Numbered from the stretch's first letter, positions 23,581 through 38,093 are shown. The stretch: 64,000 nucleotides of DNA from Phoronis australis (GCA_002633005.1 NMRA01000164.1:307442-371441), one strand, 5' to 3'. Notes: generated from the sequence alone by a model not told the origin. Program-made: numbers and translations.

Positions 23581-26500
23581 GATTAGTTTTGCCATTTACT
23601 ATATCAAACAATGAGAATGATGAAAACTAAGAAAACTACAAAATATATCGAAGCAGCAATCGTCCCAATTTTTACCAAACAGAAATGCTTCAAACTTAAA
23701 TTTAATTGAATGGACAATGTGACCTTGAAGAGGACATTATGGTTATATGTTATGGTAGTTTCTACAAATTAGAACACAATACCTAAGAACAGTAAAGTTT
23801 TATTTCATCCAGATTAAACAAGAAGACAAATTTACTCATTTGAAAACTTTACATAGTTTGGCTGTCACCAACAAACACGGTGAAATTTTAAACATTTATG
23901 ACAATGCAGTGAGCATTTGAAAAATTAAAAAATGAAAATGTTGGCCATAATTTTGGCCAAATCTGAGGAACTTCCAGTGACCATTGATAGCAAGACCCAG
24001 GCTAATTAGAATAAACAAGATATGTTTGGCAGTACATATATCTCTATTGTTAGTCTGAGAGACCACGAACAACTTCTATAGCGTCATTGTATCCAAGTGA
24101 AAGAATTAATAAACATCATGAATTGGAATTTTCTTTTATTTTGCATTCAGAAACAAAAAGCACCGATCTAAAGCTGTCGCTGCTTGTGAACGATACACAG
24201 TTTAGATTCTTTGTTGGTATTTGCGAGCCTAGATTTTATAAACGCTGAAGGATCCATGTGCAAACAACATATCTAAATACAGGGACTTAATTAGGTAACG
24301 TGACTTAGATTGAGAAAATATGAGCCAGGCTAACGAAGCTATTGAATGCTGTTTTGTAAGGCAACAAATTACTCACAGATAAGAAGGAGAGCTAGGAGTA
24401 AAAACATGACAAGGAATGCAAGAAAAAAACTAATTTGGCTTGCAACTCATTCCTGGTAATGATTACAGTTAATTGTATCGACCATGCATATTTATTCATT
24501 AATCCTGCCAACTATATACAATACGGGCTATATGCAAAGAAAACACATTGCAACAAGCTACGTCATATTTGGTTAATTTCTGCGAACACAGTCGGATAAT
24601 CAAGCCGGTATGGTTCTGATAAAAAACTCCACATCCATGGAGAATGGTTCAAATTAGGACGTGTCGTAATGAACCAAGTGGTAATTAGTAATTACGGTAT
24701 CCCGCCAGGGCAGCCATTTTTTCCCAAGGATTTTAATGAACAACAGACGGAACCTGCAAATTTACTTAGTCAAAAATGGCTTCATTATAGCCAAAAGAAT
24801 GCCGTCTAGTTCTTATGCAAATTAACAGGTTTGACCTAACGAGAATTTAGCAGGGAGAAACCTGGGCAATTATAGCCCACAAGACATATAACTGATTCAG
24901 CAAGCCCAGGGTCACCAGTTATCAAAGAGGTGAATTCATTCTCATATTACCTTTGTTATGTCGTGATAAATCTTAATCAAGATACACTCTTTGTGGCATT
25001 TCATACTCAGAAACAATACAAGATAGATGAAGAGGGGTATTACCAACCATGCTTGAGAAACCAGGGAACATTGAATAGACATCATTTTGGTAATGACATG
25101 GCAGAAAGTATCTACCTTATCCATTGTCCCAGGCACAATGTTATCCAGTCAAGGAAGTGCACTTGCATAAAGCAATCAGCCAAGACTCTGATTAGGCACT
25201 GATTCAATGGCAAGGCACTTCAAACTTAAGCATTGAGAAGCTTATGTAAACTGGGAAAGTACAGATACAGTCATTTTTCCCAAGGGCCAAACAGAGGGTG
25301 AGAATCCTGACATTTTTGACAGAAAATTAAAACAACACTGCCCACTTCTTTTAACAGCTTTTGTGGTGATAGAGCCTAGGACAATGGCTTATCTCAGTGT
25401 CATTACTGTGGGCAGCAGAGACATACCTGTATTCAACTCAACAGGTAGAGTCATCAATAGAGGCTGAGTGCTGAGTACACAACTTCAAACAATAGTCTCG
25501 GAGGCTCTTGAAAGGAGTTTCTGAACTGACCATGTTGTGTGATAACCATGCATTGAGCCATGGGATTACGGGAGGACTAATTTATTGGCAGGTATTAAAA
25601 AACGTCTGGCCATCTAATTAAAGGCGCTATAAAACCCACCTTCGGCAGAAGAATCAAACTGTTTATTTAGAGAATTTACCACCTTGAAACTGGTCTTGAC
25701 TTATTTGGTACTTAGATGAGTAATCACTGTGCATCAGAAGAAGAACTGAGAATTCGTTAGTGTTTGAAACCATACTCTTGTCTCAAGCTCGGATGCCCGG
25801 CCAGTACTTCGTAAGTCCTGAGACCATATCTAATTTAAGAAAGCGTCCAATCATACGGAGGTCGATCAGATCACACTGCGTTCTCCAAAGTTTTGAGCTG
25901 AGCAATAACTTAATAAAGCTTGTAAACGCATGTGACAATCTAAGTAAGAACCGTATGGATCACGTGTCCCTCGCCCATTTCACCAAGGCTGGCTAGGGCA
26001 TCCTGACACATAGGAACAAGTTGTAACCAATTTCATTAACAAATAGTCAAAAGTTGGGAATTTGTTGACAGGAGGCAAGTTTACATCGGCTTTAATTAAC
26101 AGTTGAATAAGTTTCATACAAAGAAGAAAAAGTAACGGTATCAAAGCGGCTTTTAACCCACGTTCCAACATCTAGAGATGATGGTCGCCACACAAAATGA
26201 CCCAACCAGACAAGCTAACTTGAAGAGCTTGGTCTCTAGCCATGACAAACTATTGGTCCTTTGCGAGCCCACAAATCACCGCTAAGTTGACTAAAGAACA
26301 ACTCTAGATCAATTTCATAATTGAAGTGGTATTTTAAACAAAAAAAAAGTTTTTTCTGTGATGGAAGGCGGCTTCCATTTTAAATAAAGAGATGTACAAG
26401 TAATTGTTTGGTTATCAAACAGGAAAAGGTTGTAACAAACACACCGAGTGTGTTGTGGATGAGTGGACCTTCAGAGGAATTTCGAGTACAAATCCTTTAT

Positions 26501-28359
26501 CTCAAAAAGATGACAAAGAGGTGATAACCTCTACAGTAATCGGACATTCAGAGTACGGGACACCACAGATATCATCGCAAAACTAGGAACTTAATATCAA
26601 CACACAACTTTTAATTAATTACAAAAGCACAAAAATAAGTAACCCCACAAGATTCAACATTTTTTTGATATTGACAAAATGTCCTTTCACCTGCATACAG
26701 TAAAATCTATCAAGTTGCCAATATTGGGCTTTCCTCAATTTTCAAAATCTCTGTTGTGAAAGCCCACAATTTCTCAGAAACATTGCCAGATGGTACCTGT
26801 GACATAGACCTTAAAAATGTTATAGCATTTATTTGGAAAAATAAAATTTCAAATGTCGGCCATATTGCATCTTATATGGGTTAACGTTCAGAGTACCGAA
26901 TATATTTTGCGAAAGGCTTTTACAATAACCAAATATCAGATTAAAACGAACCAAAACATATCAGAACCACAATAAACCAATAAAGTTTAGAGGACTGGGA
27001 AAGGGATCTTAGCCAGAGAACAAATAAAATTCCAAGTGTGAAAAATGAAGGATTTGCACTGCTGGTTTTGTTTCTCATTAACACCTAAGAAAAATAATTA
27101 CAGTCATAAAAACATAAACAGGGACGTTAAGGTTTCAGAAGCTTTACCAATGTTTACACAAACGCTGCAAAAATTTAAAACAAGGAGTAATTAGCATTGA
27201 AAACTTTACAAATGTCTCAGGCATGGAATGCTCATCAGCATTAGGAGTTATTAAAGCCTCATTGCTTTGGAAAATGGGCGTTGGTGTTTATAAGATCACT
27301 GCTGAAGATTCCATGAAGTTGGTGATGGTTTGGTCATTAGCATAGCTCATTAATGACAGGTTGTCCAACTGCTTTGTGTCTTGCAGGCCTGTTGACAGGG
27401 TCACAGTATGACTCACTGCTCTCTCAGTGTTTCTAATTAGTGCATACTCGTTTGTCATACTTGAAAATCAAACAATTATCTGGTCTGGTAAAAAAACTGG
27501 TATTTGGCTATAAACAAATTCCTAGCACAGGAGACTTATTGTTTACTCCAAATGTAAATCTGATAAACTATTTGTCCTTTCGCGCTTACTTTGCAGAAAT
27601 AACCATATTCCGGTAATGGCCACTTACAGGGGTCCCTGCATTTTGAGAACCATTTTTTTCCACTGAATAATGGGCACCAAACACATTTTCAAGAGAAAAC
27701 AACTAAAGGTGTAAAAATGAAATGGGCATCCGAGCTCATTGTCAAATTTAAAAATGATCAAAATTTTGCCCTATAAATGATTAAGCACAGTATATTTAAC
27801 CATGGGACGATCTAGTTACAGCAATTTAATAACAATATCATCCGCCATCTTCAATATGAAAATTTTGTTACAAGATTTGACCAGGAACACGGCTATGAAT
27901 CTTAAGGATTTCGGATCAGTGAAGTGATGTTCACATATTGTTTTTTTACACAGCTTAATAGCGCCTTCCCAAACAGTTGTTACCACACATGGTAACAATT
28001 GGAAGATAGTGAAGGTGTTTCCACTGGATACACTGTATCAATACCCAGGAGCCAGAAGGTGTATTTAGACAACACGTCTGCAAACAATTAGGCAGATTTT
28101 TCAAAGTCTTTTGCCCACTCATCACCAGGACAAATGTCAAACGTTTAACTACTTACAGACTCATTTAGCAGCAGAAGAATTTGTTGCTAATACTATTTTT
28201 TCAGTTTTGCCCAAAAATTTTGGTGGCTTTGAAAATCAATTTCACAGAAGAAAAAAGGCACCTTCCAGTCCTTGTGTTTTGACAAAAGAAGCTTTATCAC
28301 AATTTTCGCCCACGACTGCACCGCAAATGGTTTGCTTCTAGGGGTTATATTAGTATCAT

Positions 28360-28976
28360 AAAGACGGCCACTGGGCAGTGCAGAATACGCCAAACCCACT
28401 GACAATAGAGGATGGCCATGTCCCTCCCTAATAGAAACCTATTTTCATAATTTCAAGAAAATCCATCAAGGAACTCCAAAGATACAGAAGCAATGCAACA
28501 AATGCCACTAGAGGGCACAGAGCTAGTTGGATCCACCTGAAAGAAATAATTATCCGCTGCCACAGTCATAGTAATATACTTGACAAATTTCACAAAGATC
28601 CTGAAAAAGATTTAGGAGATACAGTCATAGATGCAAAGTAAAACAGAAAACCTCCATGGGATGCACCATATTACTTGGACCTGTTCAAAAATCAACTTCA
28701 GTCATGGTCTTGTCAGAAAGAACTCAATTGTCTAAGTTCATGAAAATTCGTCAAGGAACTCCGTAGATACAGTGGTAAACGTAAAATATTAAAATTGCCG
28801 CTAGGAGATACAGCGGTAGTTGGCTTCATGCGAGAGTTGTCATCACCGTAGGATACCATCTGCTAAGTTTCATGAAGATCCTCTGAGTTTTTGGAGATAC
28901 TGCAGCTGACACCGGACGCCAGACAGAGACGACGGCGGCGCTATGCAACCATATATGTATAAGTGAGCGCATAAAC
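28360..28976 (+). mobile_element. Helentron-associated (HINE/DINE-like) element with internal ~140-bp tandem subunits
   Basis: Motif TTTCA.GAA.ATCC.TCAAGGAA...GATAC recurs at ~28451, 28588, 28736 and 28867. The 3' end has CAGACAGAGA followed by a TATGC...CGCATA hairpin. Homolog at ~49030-49795. Confidence 0.55.
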
Positions 28977-29156
28977 AACAAACAAACATTTCTAGAAACA
29001 CATTTAGGACGTTCTAAAACCTTAAAATAGCGACAGATCAGATGGTGCCAGTTTTGAGCTGAAAATTAGGCTGGTGAAACATCCCAGGAGTCAGAGCTAG
29101 CATGTTCCTGTCAGTGTGACACCCCTTCATTAAATACTATCCTATTCTCCATGAAG

Positions 29157-29587
29157 TGCATGGAGGATGGAAAACGCCAAAGGACATACTTTATGGAGAG
29201 CTTGCCACTGGAACCAGATCTGCAGGAAGGCCCATGCTTCGTTATAAAGATGCTTGCAAGCGCAATCTGAAGACGGAAAACATCACCATCACAGACTGGG
29301 AAGCTGTGGCCTCCGATCACAGCAGGTGGAGGTCGACTGTCAAGTTGTGCATTAAAACCAGTGAGCAAAGAAGAGAAGAAAAACAGGCACAACTAAAAGA
29401 ACACAGAAATCAGAGGACAGCCTCAGCTCTTACTGAAAAGGACCAAGTGTACACCTGTGACAACTGCAACAGAACCTGCAGCTCCAGAATCCGGACTTTT
29501 TAGGCATAGCCAACACTGCAATCCACCCAATGACTGACATTGTCTCTGAGAGACAGACGGCTGCCAACAACTAATTACAACGACAAG
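29157..29587 (+). mobile_element. 5'-truncated LINE (RTE-clade) 3' end, frameshifted
   Basis: Reads MEDG/PKDILYGELATGTRSAGRPMLRYKDACKRNLK...WEAVASDHSRWR...CDNCNRTCSSRI/GLFRHSQHC, a typical RTE C-terminus with a terminal zinc finger and two frameshifts. Degenerate (CAA)n tail. Confidence 0.85.
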
Positions 29588-32500
29588 TGACAGGCAGGCT
29601 TGTAACCAGGTCACCTAACTATCACTATAGCAAACAAGGTGTTCCAATAGTACCCACAGACACCTTGCTCAAGGTAAACACAATTCCTCCCAAAATCTAC
29701 ATTCTTTCTTATAAACAATTATTTCAGGTTTTAAACACTTATAGAACATGTTTTTGTTTGGAGTACCCAGCAGCATTGGAGGCAAGCATCCGATACAGTA
29801 GTTAGACAACGTTTTTGCAACCGATACACAACTTCAAACAGTCCGACACAAAGTCCGACTTGTCTCCGGTTTAAACATGTTAATTGACAGGAAATGGTTT
29901 AATTATTATATCACACTGCATAGGTTATCAGGCAGGCCCAGTCGTCATAATCCGATAAAGAAATAATTAAATACCCATCCCAGAACTGAAATTACAACTA
30001 GCAGCCATTCAGTACATTGCTATTTCACAAACGTGTGCTAAATAAAACCTGCTACATCCTGCAATCAAGTATCAACTACAATACTAATAACCACTGTTTT
30101 GACTTACAACACTCCCTTTTTTAATAAAATAAATTCCTGTAGTTGATCACTAATCGATTCAAAAATTTCCAATTGCGAGATCAATGTCAACTTTTAAGGC
30201 AAACATATTGACAAGAAACTGAATGGGAAGGTACTGTGGTTCAACTATTTCTGATTCAAGATACGCAATCATAAAGTTGATATGAAGGATTTGGAAAACA
30301 GGTAATCCTCAATAATCTTCCTCATTTTAATCAAGAACTTATCAAAATCGGCCAACTGAATTCCCACAAGAAGGCAGATCCAGGGGAGAGGTAGCCCCAT
30401 AGAAGAGGCACATGGAATATGCCATTCACAAGGGCAAGTGTTTCAGTCTCCCTATGACAAAGTGTCTTGTATACTTGTAAAATTCCCTACAAAAGGGTGC
30501 CTTTACAATTTAATTGCCTATAAAAGAGTCTATTTTTGGTAGTTCGGTGCTCTATGAAAGATTGCCTTTTCCAAATACACAAAATTTGCAGATTTTCAAT
30601 ATTATCTACTTTTTAAAAGCGTTGATTGCAAAAGTTGAACTCATTTTTTACCACATGGCATCTCGCGTTATTTTTCAGTCTTAATGTTTAAAAATTCAGG
30701 TGTCCAGAGTTCTTAAAACGAGTCAGGGTCATGGACTTGTAAAACAGACAATGGTTCTGGAACAAAAAGACAACTTTTTCATGGAAGTCCCCTACAAATG
30801 GGTTGCTTTTGTCTGAGTCAACTTTCTAAATGGGTGGGTATCCTACTTCTTCAGTTGCATCATCACCCTCATCAAAATATAGTCAAGTAGTACCCCTTGG
30901 GAACTTACCAAGAAATAAAAATGGATAACGTGGACAGTAACTCAGTCGCCCAACCCTGCATCAGGTCTAGTGAAATGTAATTAAATTCATTCTCCACCTC
31001 TGTAAAAGTTGACACTTGTTATGTATCTATAATTTTTGTTATCACCCTTGCATCAAACTGAAGTGCAGATGAAGTCAACATTTACTGTTGTAACAACTAA
31101 CAAGTTAACATCAAGGATTTCATAAAAAGGGTAGTTTAGCTTTTCGGGTGCAAGCTTGCTGTTTTTGCACGAGGAACATTGGTCACGGTGCGACTTGTCA
31201 TGACGCGACTTGCTCCACTTAAGTTGCATTTACACGACATGACATTAGATCGCAAACTGGATCAAAAGACTGTCTGTGCATGCTAGCATAAACAACAGCG
31301 AACGTCCAAACCACATGGAATGCCAGTGGATCACCTGCATAAAGGCTATTGCGCAAGCGCATTGAAAAATGAATCCTTTCCGCCGTGCCCCAATTGTGTT
31401 TAGACATGTAGTTGACACTGGAGCAACTGGTCAAGTGTAACTCGCTCTACGTCTCAAACCTTGTCAAAAATGGACGTTGCGATTTCAACTTGCTCAATGT
31501 CAGTCATGTTTACACACACACACTTGCACCCAATCAGCTGTTTTGTGTTAGGTGCTCCATGACAGCTGTCTCTGGTGTAAATTTGGCTTTACAATGTGAA
31601 ACCCATACAATTAAGATAAAAATATTTTGTTCAGTGTTCCCTTAAGGGGCTGTATTAAGGCAAGGTCATTTGCACATTTTCGATTGCAGACACAGCCTTG
31701 AAGAAGTGTCCTAGCCAAATAATTAGTCTGACGAATCCAGACAGGGGACATTAATTCAATTGCATAAACCCTTCTTGGTAATAGGGTGAAGCCTGAAGCA
31801 TTTTAATTCCTGGACTGTGATTAGCAGAGGACCAACCATTGTTCAGGATAAATTAATGCCTCCTAAATGCAGCACTCCCTGACGCCCATTCACCCATGAA
31901 TAGGTGCATTACACAAAAGACAATGGTGGTGGTACAATAGCCAGGGTTATGTACCTAAAGCCATATTCTTACTATGGGCTTGTGACATGATTAACACAAT
32001 TAGAATGTAGGTAGGCTGGCTGTTGAGTAACTATAATGCTGCCATTATAAAATGCCATGTACATAGGACATTTCTTTGGACCTGACTACCCATTAATTAA
32101 GTCAATTTACTGTAATTAGGCTCTGGCTCTCAACAGAGGCCCAAACTGTTCCCACGCAATTAAAAATCTAATTAGCAGCAGGAGGAGTCCTCACTGTCAA
32201 ATGCCAGCAGAGATTAACAAATCCACACCAATGGTAAACCATCCCAAGTCCTGACATTGTTAATTTCACAACAGAGTGAGCGCAATCCTATTATCAGATT
32301 TATGCATCCGCTAGATCAATGCGAAGGCCTTTGCCAGAAAAACATTCCGAAATCTCTGCCTATATACTAATAGTAGACTTCATCACAAACCCTGAATTTC
32401 TTACACCAACAAACCCCACTTTTGTCCATGAAGAAAATTTTTGATTTAGACCACTTGCTGCAATAAATAGTCTGAACTTCTTCTAACTCAGATGAGTGGG

Positions 32501-33762
32501 CAAAAAACAGAAAGTTAGCATCAGTGCTAATTGTGATGTGGAGATTGACAGTTGCCAAATAACAACCTCAGCAGTTGATAATTAGATCAACAGTGTTAAC
32601 ATGGTGTCAGTCTGAAAAGTGGTGAGAAGGTCAACATCTATACTGATGATGATAATAATAACAATAATTAAAATAATATTAACACGTGAATTTTAGTCGG
32701 CCCCATAAGGAATGTACAATAGGAAATAGTAAAAGCTGTCTCAAAACATCCACACACTTCTCCTGTTAACAAAATAAAATGACTATCACTTAAAAGCTTT
32801 AAATATCAATTTCGTTAAATGTTTGGGATTCAAAGAAATCTGTTTAACAAAAATGACACAAACACCAAAATAAACGAGTCACACATATTTACCAACAAGC
32901 ACTAAATGAATTGTCTTTGGTTTAAAGTAAAATTAAATATGAAGTAATTTAGGTTACAAAATATGATGAACCTGCTACATGGTTGTACAATTAGATAGTG
33001 AATAAAAATCTATGTGAAGAATTTAGCAAAAAAGAAACATTAATTCCATACTTTTTCATATTAACGAGAGATGATTGTAGACATGATAGATTATGTCACA
33101 TTTGTATAGAAATGAGCATGGAGACACCATGAACTTGATTATGAAACTACCCAGCCATAATTCTCAGCTATACCATGCGACATGCAATCGGGATTTTATG
33201 CATCAATCTGAAAGAACATTCAACATTTCTAACAAGCAAACGAAACAAAATTATGCATTTTCAGGTAATCCATTGCACAACAAAAAGCCTTTTCAAAGTT
33301 AACTTTGCAACTAGCACTTTGCTATTTCAGGGAAGATGCAGGTGGATATCAAAAGAACAAAAACGAGGATAGCTACATGACTTGCCTAAGGTTATCTGCT
33401 TTTAACAATGAAACAAAATTTTGAAACTTGAAGACAGCACTTGAAGACAGCGCCAATTCTCCACTTATGTAGCAAACAGCATGGCCGGTAAGAGAAATTT
33501 TATTTTGCCAATTTCTTCAGAATATAAAGATAAAAAAGTTTCAGTCTACTGAAAGCATGGTATTGCGCTCATATGGTAAAGCATTCAGTCAAGTTTCCCG
33601 CAGCGAGGTAATCAGCCTTTGAAAAAAGGGGAATGAAAATTTTGGCAATGATCATTTTTTGCGAAATAAGTGGAGAATTAGCATACACAAATTGCATGAC
33701 AACTATCTAACATCATGTACAACATTAACTATCCCCAGCTACAGCAAAACAAAGACACTTAC

Positions 33763-36466
33763 CTTGTTCGTCAAACTTGATGATGTCATCGTCCGCGTAT
33801 TCCTTGACCTTAAAGAAGTCAAAAGCGAATGTGTCGGCTGCATCATGCTTCCCCTGTTCTCGCTGCTGCATCTGCCAGACGCTGACCTTACGCAGGTGTT
33901 TGGACGACCTTACGTGCTGAATGAGATTCAGCTTGGTACGTGTTGCCAACCCACAGAGGGAGCAGTAGTAATACTTGGACTCTGATTGGACATTGGCCTC
34001 CTGCCGCTGCAAGAACAAGAATAGCTGGGAGCTGAGCTCATGCTTTGGTCCTTGCTCATGAACCTGCAGTTTGTGGATGGTGTTGGTATAGTAGTCGCAG
34101 GCTGAACAGCGCAGCTGAACCGGGTTGCTCAGGTTGACGTACTTGAGCCGCCACTCATTGCTGGGTCCACCCTCTTGAATGTGATTCACAAGTTGTAACC
34201 GCTGAACGTGCTTGTCCGTCTTACAGTGTAGCTGAAAGTTGGCCTTCAGGTTGGTCTTATACGTACACAGGTTGCATACATAGTTGCCGCCAGCGATCAT
34301 CACGTGCTCAGGGTCACGCTGCAGTGAACGGTCCTTCTGCATATGAGCATTCAACTCATCAAGCAAGTTGGTCGAGTAGGCGTTGCACACAGCACAGTGG
34401 AAAATTTTTGTCGGCTCGTTAGCGATGAGTTTGACATCGACCGGCACCGGTGGCTGCGAGTCCTGTGAGCCTGACTCACCGCCATCTTTGGTGAGATCCA
34501 TGGGCGACTCTAAACTGGGCATGGGAGTCATGAACATAGAAGGATCGTATGGGAATGATGTGAGACCAGTGGGTGTCAACGGAGATGGTAACCCAATTAA
34601 CTGGCCGGGATCTTGGCCGAACAGCGCCATCTGGTTCATTTGAAGTTGCATGTCACGCTGCATGTGTTTAACGTTCTGTTGCAAAACCAACATGTTGTGC
34701 GTATGCTTTTCACTGGTCATGTGAATGCGGAGATTACGTGCCACGTTAGTCTCATAGTTGCAGACGTCGCAGCGCCATGACGGCTTTTGTTTCACCTTCT
34801 GATCTTGGCGTTGGGCTATAGCCGTTGGCTTTACATTACTACTTGAGGATTCTAGAGCTGTGACTTCAGGGGTGGGGGACTGGGGCGGAGGTTGTGACAT
34901 CTGATGACCGGGCATCTTTATGTGGTCAGATGGCGACCCACCACTATTCTGCAAGTCCTGAACATTGTTGATATGTTTGTCTGACTGCATGTGGATACTT
35001 AGGTTACCCTTTGTAGTCGTGGAATAGTTACATATCTCGCAACGATATGGTTTGTAACCACACTGGTATGACTCACCTCTGGCCAACCGTGGATGAGGCT
35101 GATTGGCTAAGCAATAGACGCACTGCGTCTCAGTGTCCGGGTGTTTCTCCTTCATATGGATTTCTAATGTTTCTTGATACTTGTAATGCCAGTTACACTT
35201 AGGACATTTAAGAGTCTTGCACGAGTTGCGGGAATGCATCATGGTCATGTGACCGCCAAGCGAACGCGTGGAGCTGAGTACCATATCGCACTTCGGACAT
35301 TCCACCCCCTGCTGCTTGCCCTGTGGGTGGTCCTCGCACATGCCACGAGTAAAGTTGAACGCCTGGCGTTGCATTAACGTCATGCCAGAGCCTGGACTGG
35401 GCAGCGACATCGCCATCGGGCTAGACGGAACAGGACTCGTGGCACTTTTGAGGGCATCACGTCGCGACACTTGCTGGAAGCCTTGCGATTCGTTAGGAAG
35501 AGATCCTGGACTCAACGCCTCATTACATGAGCTAGACTTTTCTTCTTGGTCGTCGGTGTTCACTGTGTGCGGTTCTAGGAAAGACACAAGTGGCAGCTTG
35601 TCGCTGCCTATGGCTTGTATAATAGCAGAAGTTGAATCGTCACTCAGAATATCTTTCTCTTCTGAGGTCAGAGTCATACTGTGCTCGCTGACCGCATGCG
35701 TGGTGAACGATTTGGTGTAGGTGAAAGAGAGTTTACAGATGAAACACATAAGTATAGGTCTCAATGGTGGTGCCAACGAGGCCAATGATGGAAGTTTTAT
35801 TTCTGGTGTAGCACGATCCTCTTGTTTTGACTTAACGTCAAATACTTTGTAACTGTGCATAATAGGAGCATTCGAGGTGGTGGAATTTGCTGGAAGAACC
35901 GCAGGGTTGTAATATGTGGGATTTCGGTGAATGTAAACAGCACTTGCAATTTGAGGATAAGCAGGAATCTGAGAGTTCACTACCCCCTTGTGGTCAATGA
36001 TACAGCCCTCTTGCTGGGGGACTTCCACTGACTCGGTCCCATCCAGGGTGCAGTCCGTTTCATCAATGATATAGGCAGAGCCGTCGGGATTATAAACTAT
36101 CTTACCCTCAAAACTTTCACCATCTGAGACTTCTGACTCCTGTGGAGCCCCACTTTCTACAGCTTGCCCCGTAGCCGGATTCTTGTCCGTCTCCGCTGAT
36201 GCCGCGTCCTTGTGAGTATCAATTTGTAGAGGCGTGGAAGACAAAGACTCGTCACCGCTTGATTCGCTGTCAGAATCGTCATCTTCGGTCCCCAACGATG
36301 GCGTGCCTTGCTTGCCGTTCGATTTGAGACCAATTGCCTCAAGAGGCAGATTCTTCAAGCCATTCAGCATAGGTTCATTGTTCGCCAGTATCTCACTCGT
36401 CTTCAGATCTACACTGTTGTTGTTGGCCAGCTTAAGTGACTTTGCGATGTGCTCTGGAAATTCCAT
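33763..36466 (-). CDS. ZFHX3/4: ZFHX3/4-like first coding exon (2704 nt, ~9 zinc fingers)
   Basis: ATG at 36466 with an in-frame TGA upstream at 36487-36485. Acceptor TTTTGCTTTCAG| at 36489 and donor AAG|GTAAGT at 33762. Contains the ZFHX3/4 signatures GKIVYNPDGSAYII, HSRNSCKTLKCPKCNWHYKYQETLEIHMKEKHP and WRCDVCNYETNVARNLRIHMTSEKH. Confidence 0.96.
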
Positions 36467-36854
36467 CACTCTTTTTCTAGAACATCACCTGAAAGCAAAA
36501 GGGAAAATTAATACTATTATGTTAGAAGCATGAAAGGGGTAGATGTATCATCAGAGCCACACTTGTCACATGGTGTGGCTTCAAAATTACATGTTCAAAA
36601 TCATTTCTGTCACAAGGGCTCAAATGCCGAACCTTTTGCAGTCACAGCTGACAATCTATGAATGTGAATTGTTTGTTGAACACCAGTAACTCTTCCGCAA
36701 TCACTAGCCGTGTGAAGTATGGGATCTTATACAGTTGTTGTGATATCTGCCAACACTTGGAATTTTGGCGTTTCTATGGACTTTCCTACAGCACTATTTT
36801 CTGCACTAAATAGACTTTGTTTGTGGCCACAAGATAGGGCTTTAGGATTATGAA

Positions 36855-36925
36855 CATGGGCGGCGCAGCACTGAAATAAGTGGGGGGCTATAGCTCTCCT
36901 AGCTCCCTATGGTGTGCCGCCCATG
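36855..36925. mobile_element. 71-bp micro-MITE with 5-bp TSD
   Basis: TIRs CATGGGCGGCGCA and TGTGCCGCCCATG. ATGAA is duplicated at 36850-36854 and 36926-36930. Confidence 0.75.
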
Positions 36926-37555
36926 ATGAAGGCTTCACCTGTGTATAATTTTGCTGTATAAGTTGCATTGATAGGCACAAGTATTTCAATCATCACTGCA
37001 ATTTGATGACTAAATAAGAGTGAGAATTTTCTTGGAAAACAAAAGTCAACACATATGACAAACAACTAACCATGACAAAACAGAGTGTTGAAGCTGGAAA
37101 TACAATGACACTACACTATTTCCTCAAATAGGATGACAAGATGTAAGATTTGCTTGGTAAGGCTGACAGAAGACATGGTTTTCAGTAATCCTTTAGCAAT
37201 TTTCCAAAGACATGATATTGTACACATGAAAATTGGCCGGTAAGTCAACAAATAACAAATAGAACTTATAATTTCAAAAAAATTGACAACACTTTAAGAG
37301 TCCTAACTTATTGTCAATAAAAACTGCATGAAGCAAATGACACAAATTAAATTAGAAGCAACAAGATTTTTTCAAAGTAATGGTGACGAACAAACAATTA
37401 CTTAGTTAAATGTTTCATTTTCAGGAGTGGAAGCCAATCTGACCACGCATATGTGTTAAAGTTTCATTTTAATAATGAAAATACCACTGCTAACTGGATT
37501 TTTAGCAGTTTGAAGTATGAGATTTTACCTTGACATAATAAGTGCTGTATGTCAC

Positions 37556-38093
37556 TTAAGGTCATGCAGGACCTTATCGACAAGATTGCGTATTTAGTCA
37601 AATATTCACAAAACTGTACATTCTCTTAACTCAATAACAGAATATTTTTGACAGCAGAAAGCCTGCAGAATTTGATTTTTGGGTAGACTTTATAACAACC
37701 TGCCATTAATTGGCTCAGTTTAACAGGTCTTTTAACTAAAATTTGGAAAAGAGACATGTACATTTACAGCAAAACTAAGATATAAATAACATGACCAAAT
37801 TTTGTTTGATCTAAACTTCATTCTTTTAAATCATCCTTTCATTTTCATTTTATGCAACATTAGAATAGATTTTTCATGAAAATTGTGGATTGAACTACCA
37901 TTTTGATTACACCATATGCAGATGTGAAACATTTCAAAAACCATTCTTCTGCAGAGGTGTTATGTAGAACATTGCATAACGCATAATGATGTGAAAGTTT
38001 CATACAAATCTGATAGCCATTCCTGAGATTTGACGTTCCAAAGTGAGCCAGAATTTGGACATTTTTGTAGGGTGTTCCATTCTAAACACCCTT
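37556..38093 (+). mobile_element. MITE family copy E
   Basis: Starts TTAA-GGTCATGCAGGACCTTATCGACAAG and is colinear with copies A and C through AAATCTGATAGCCATT...GAATTTGGACATTTT. Confidence 0.55.
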
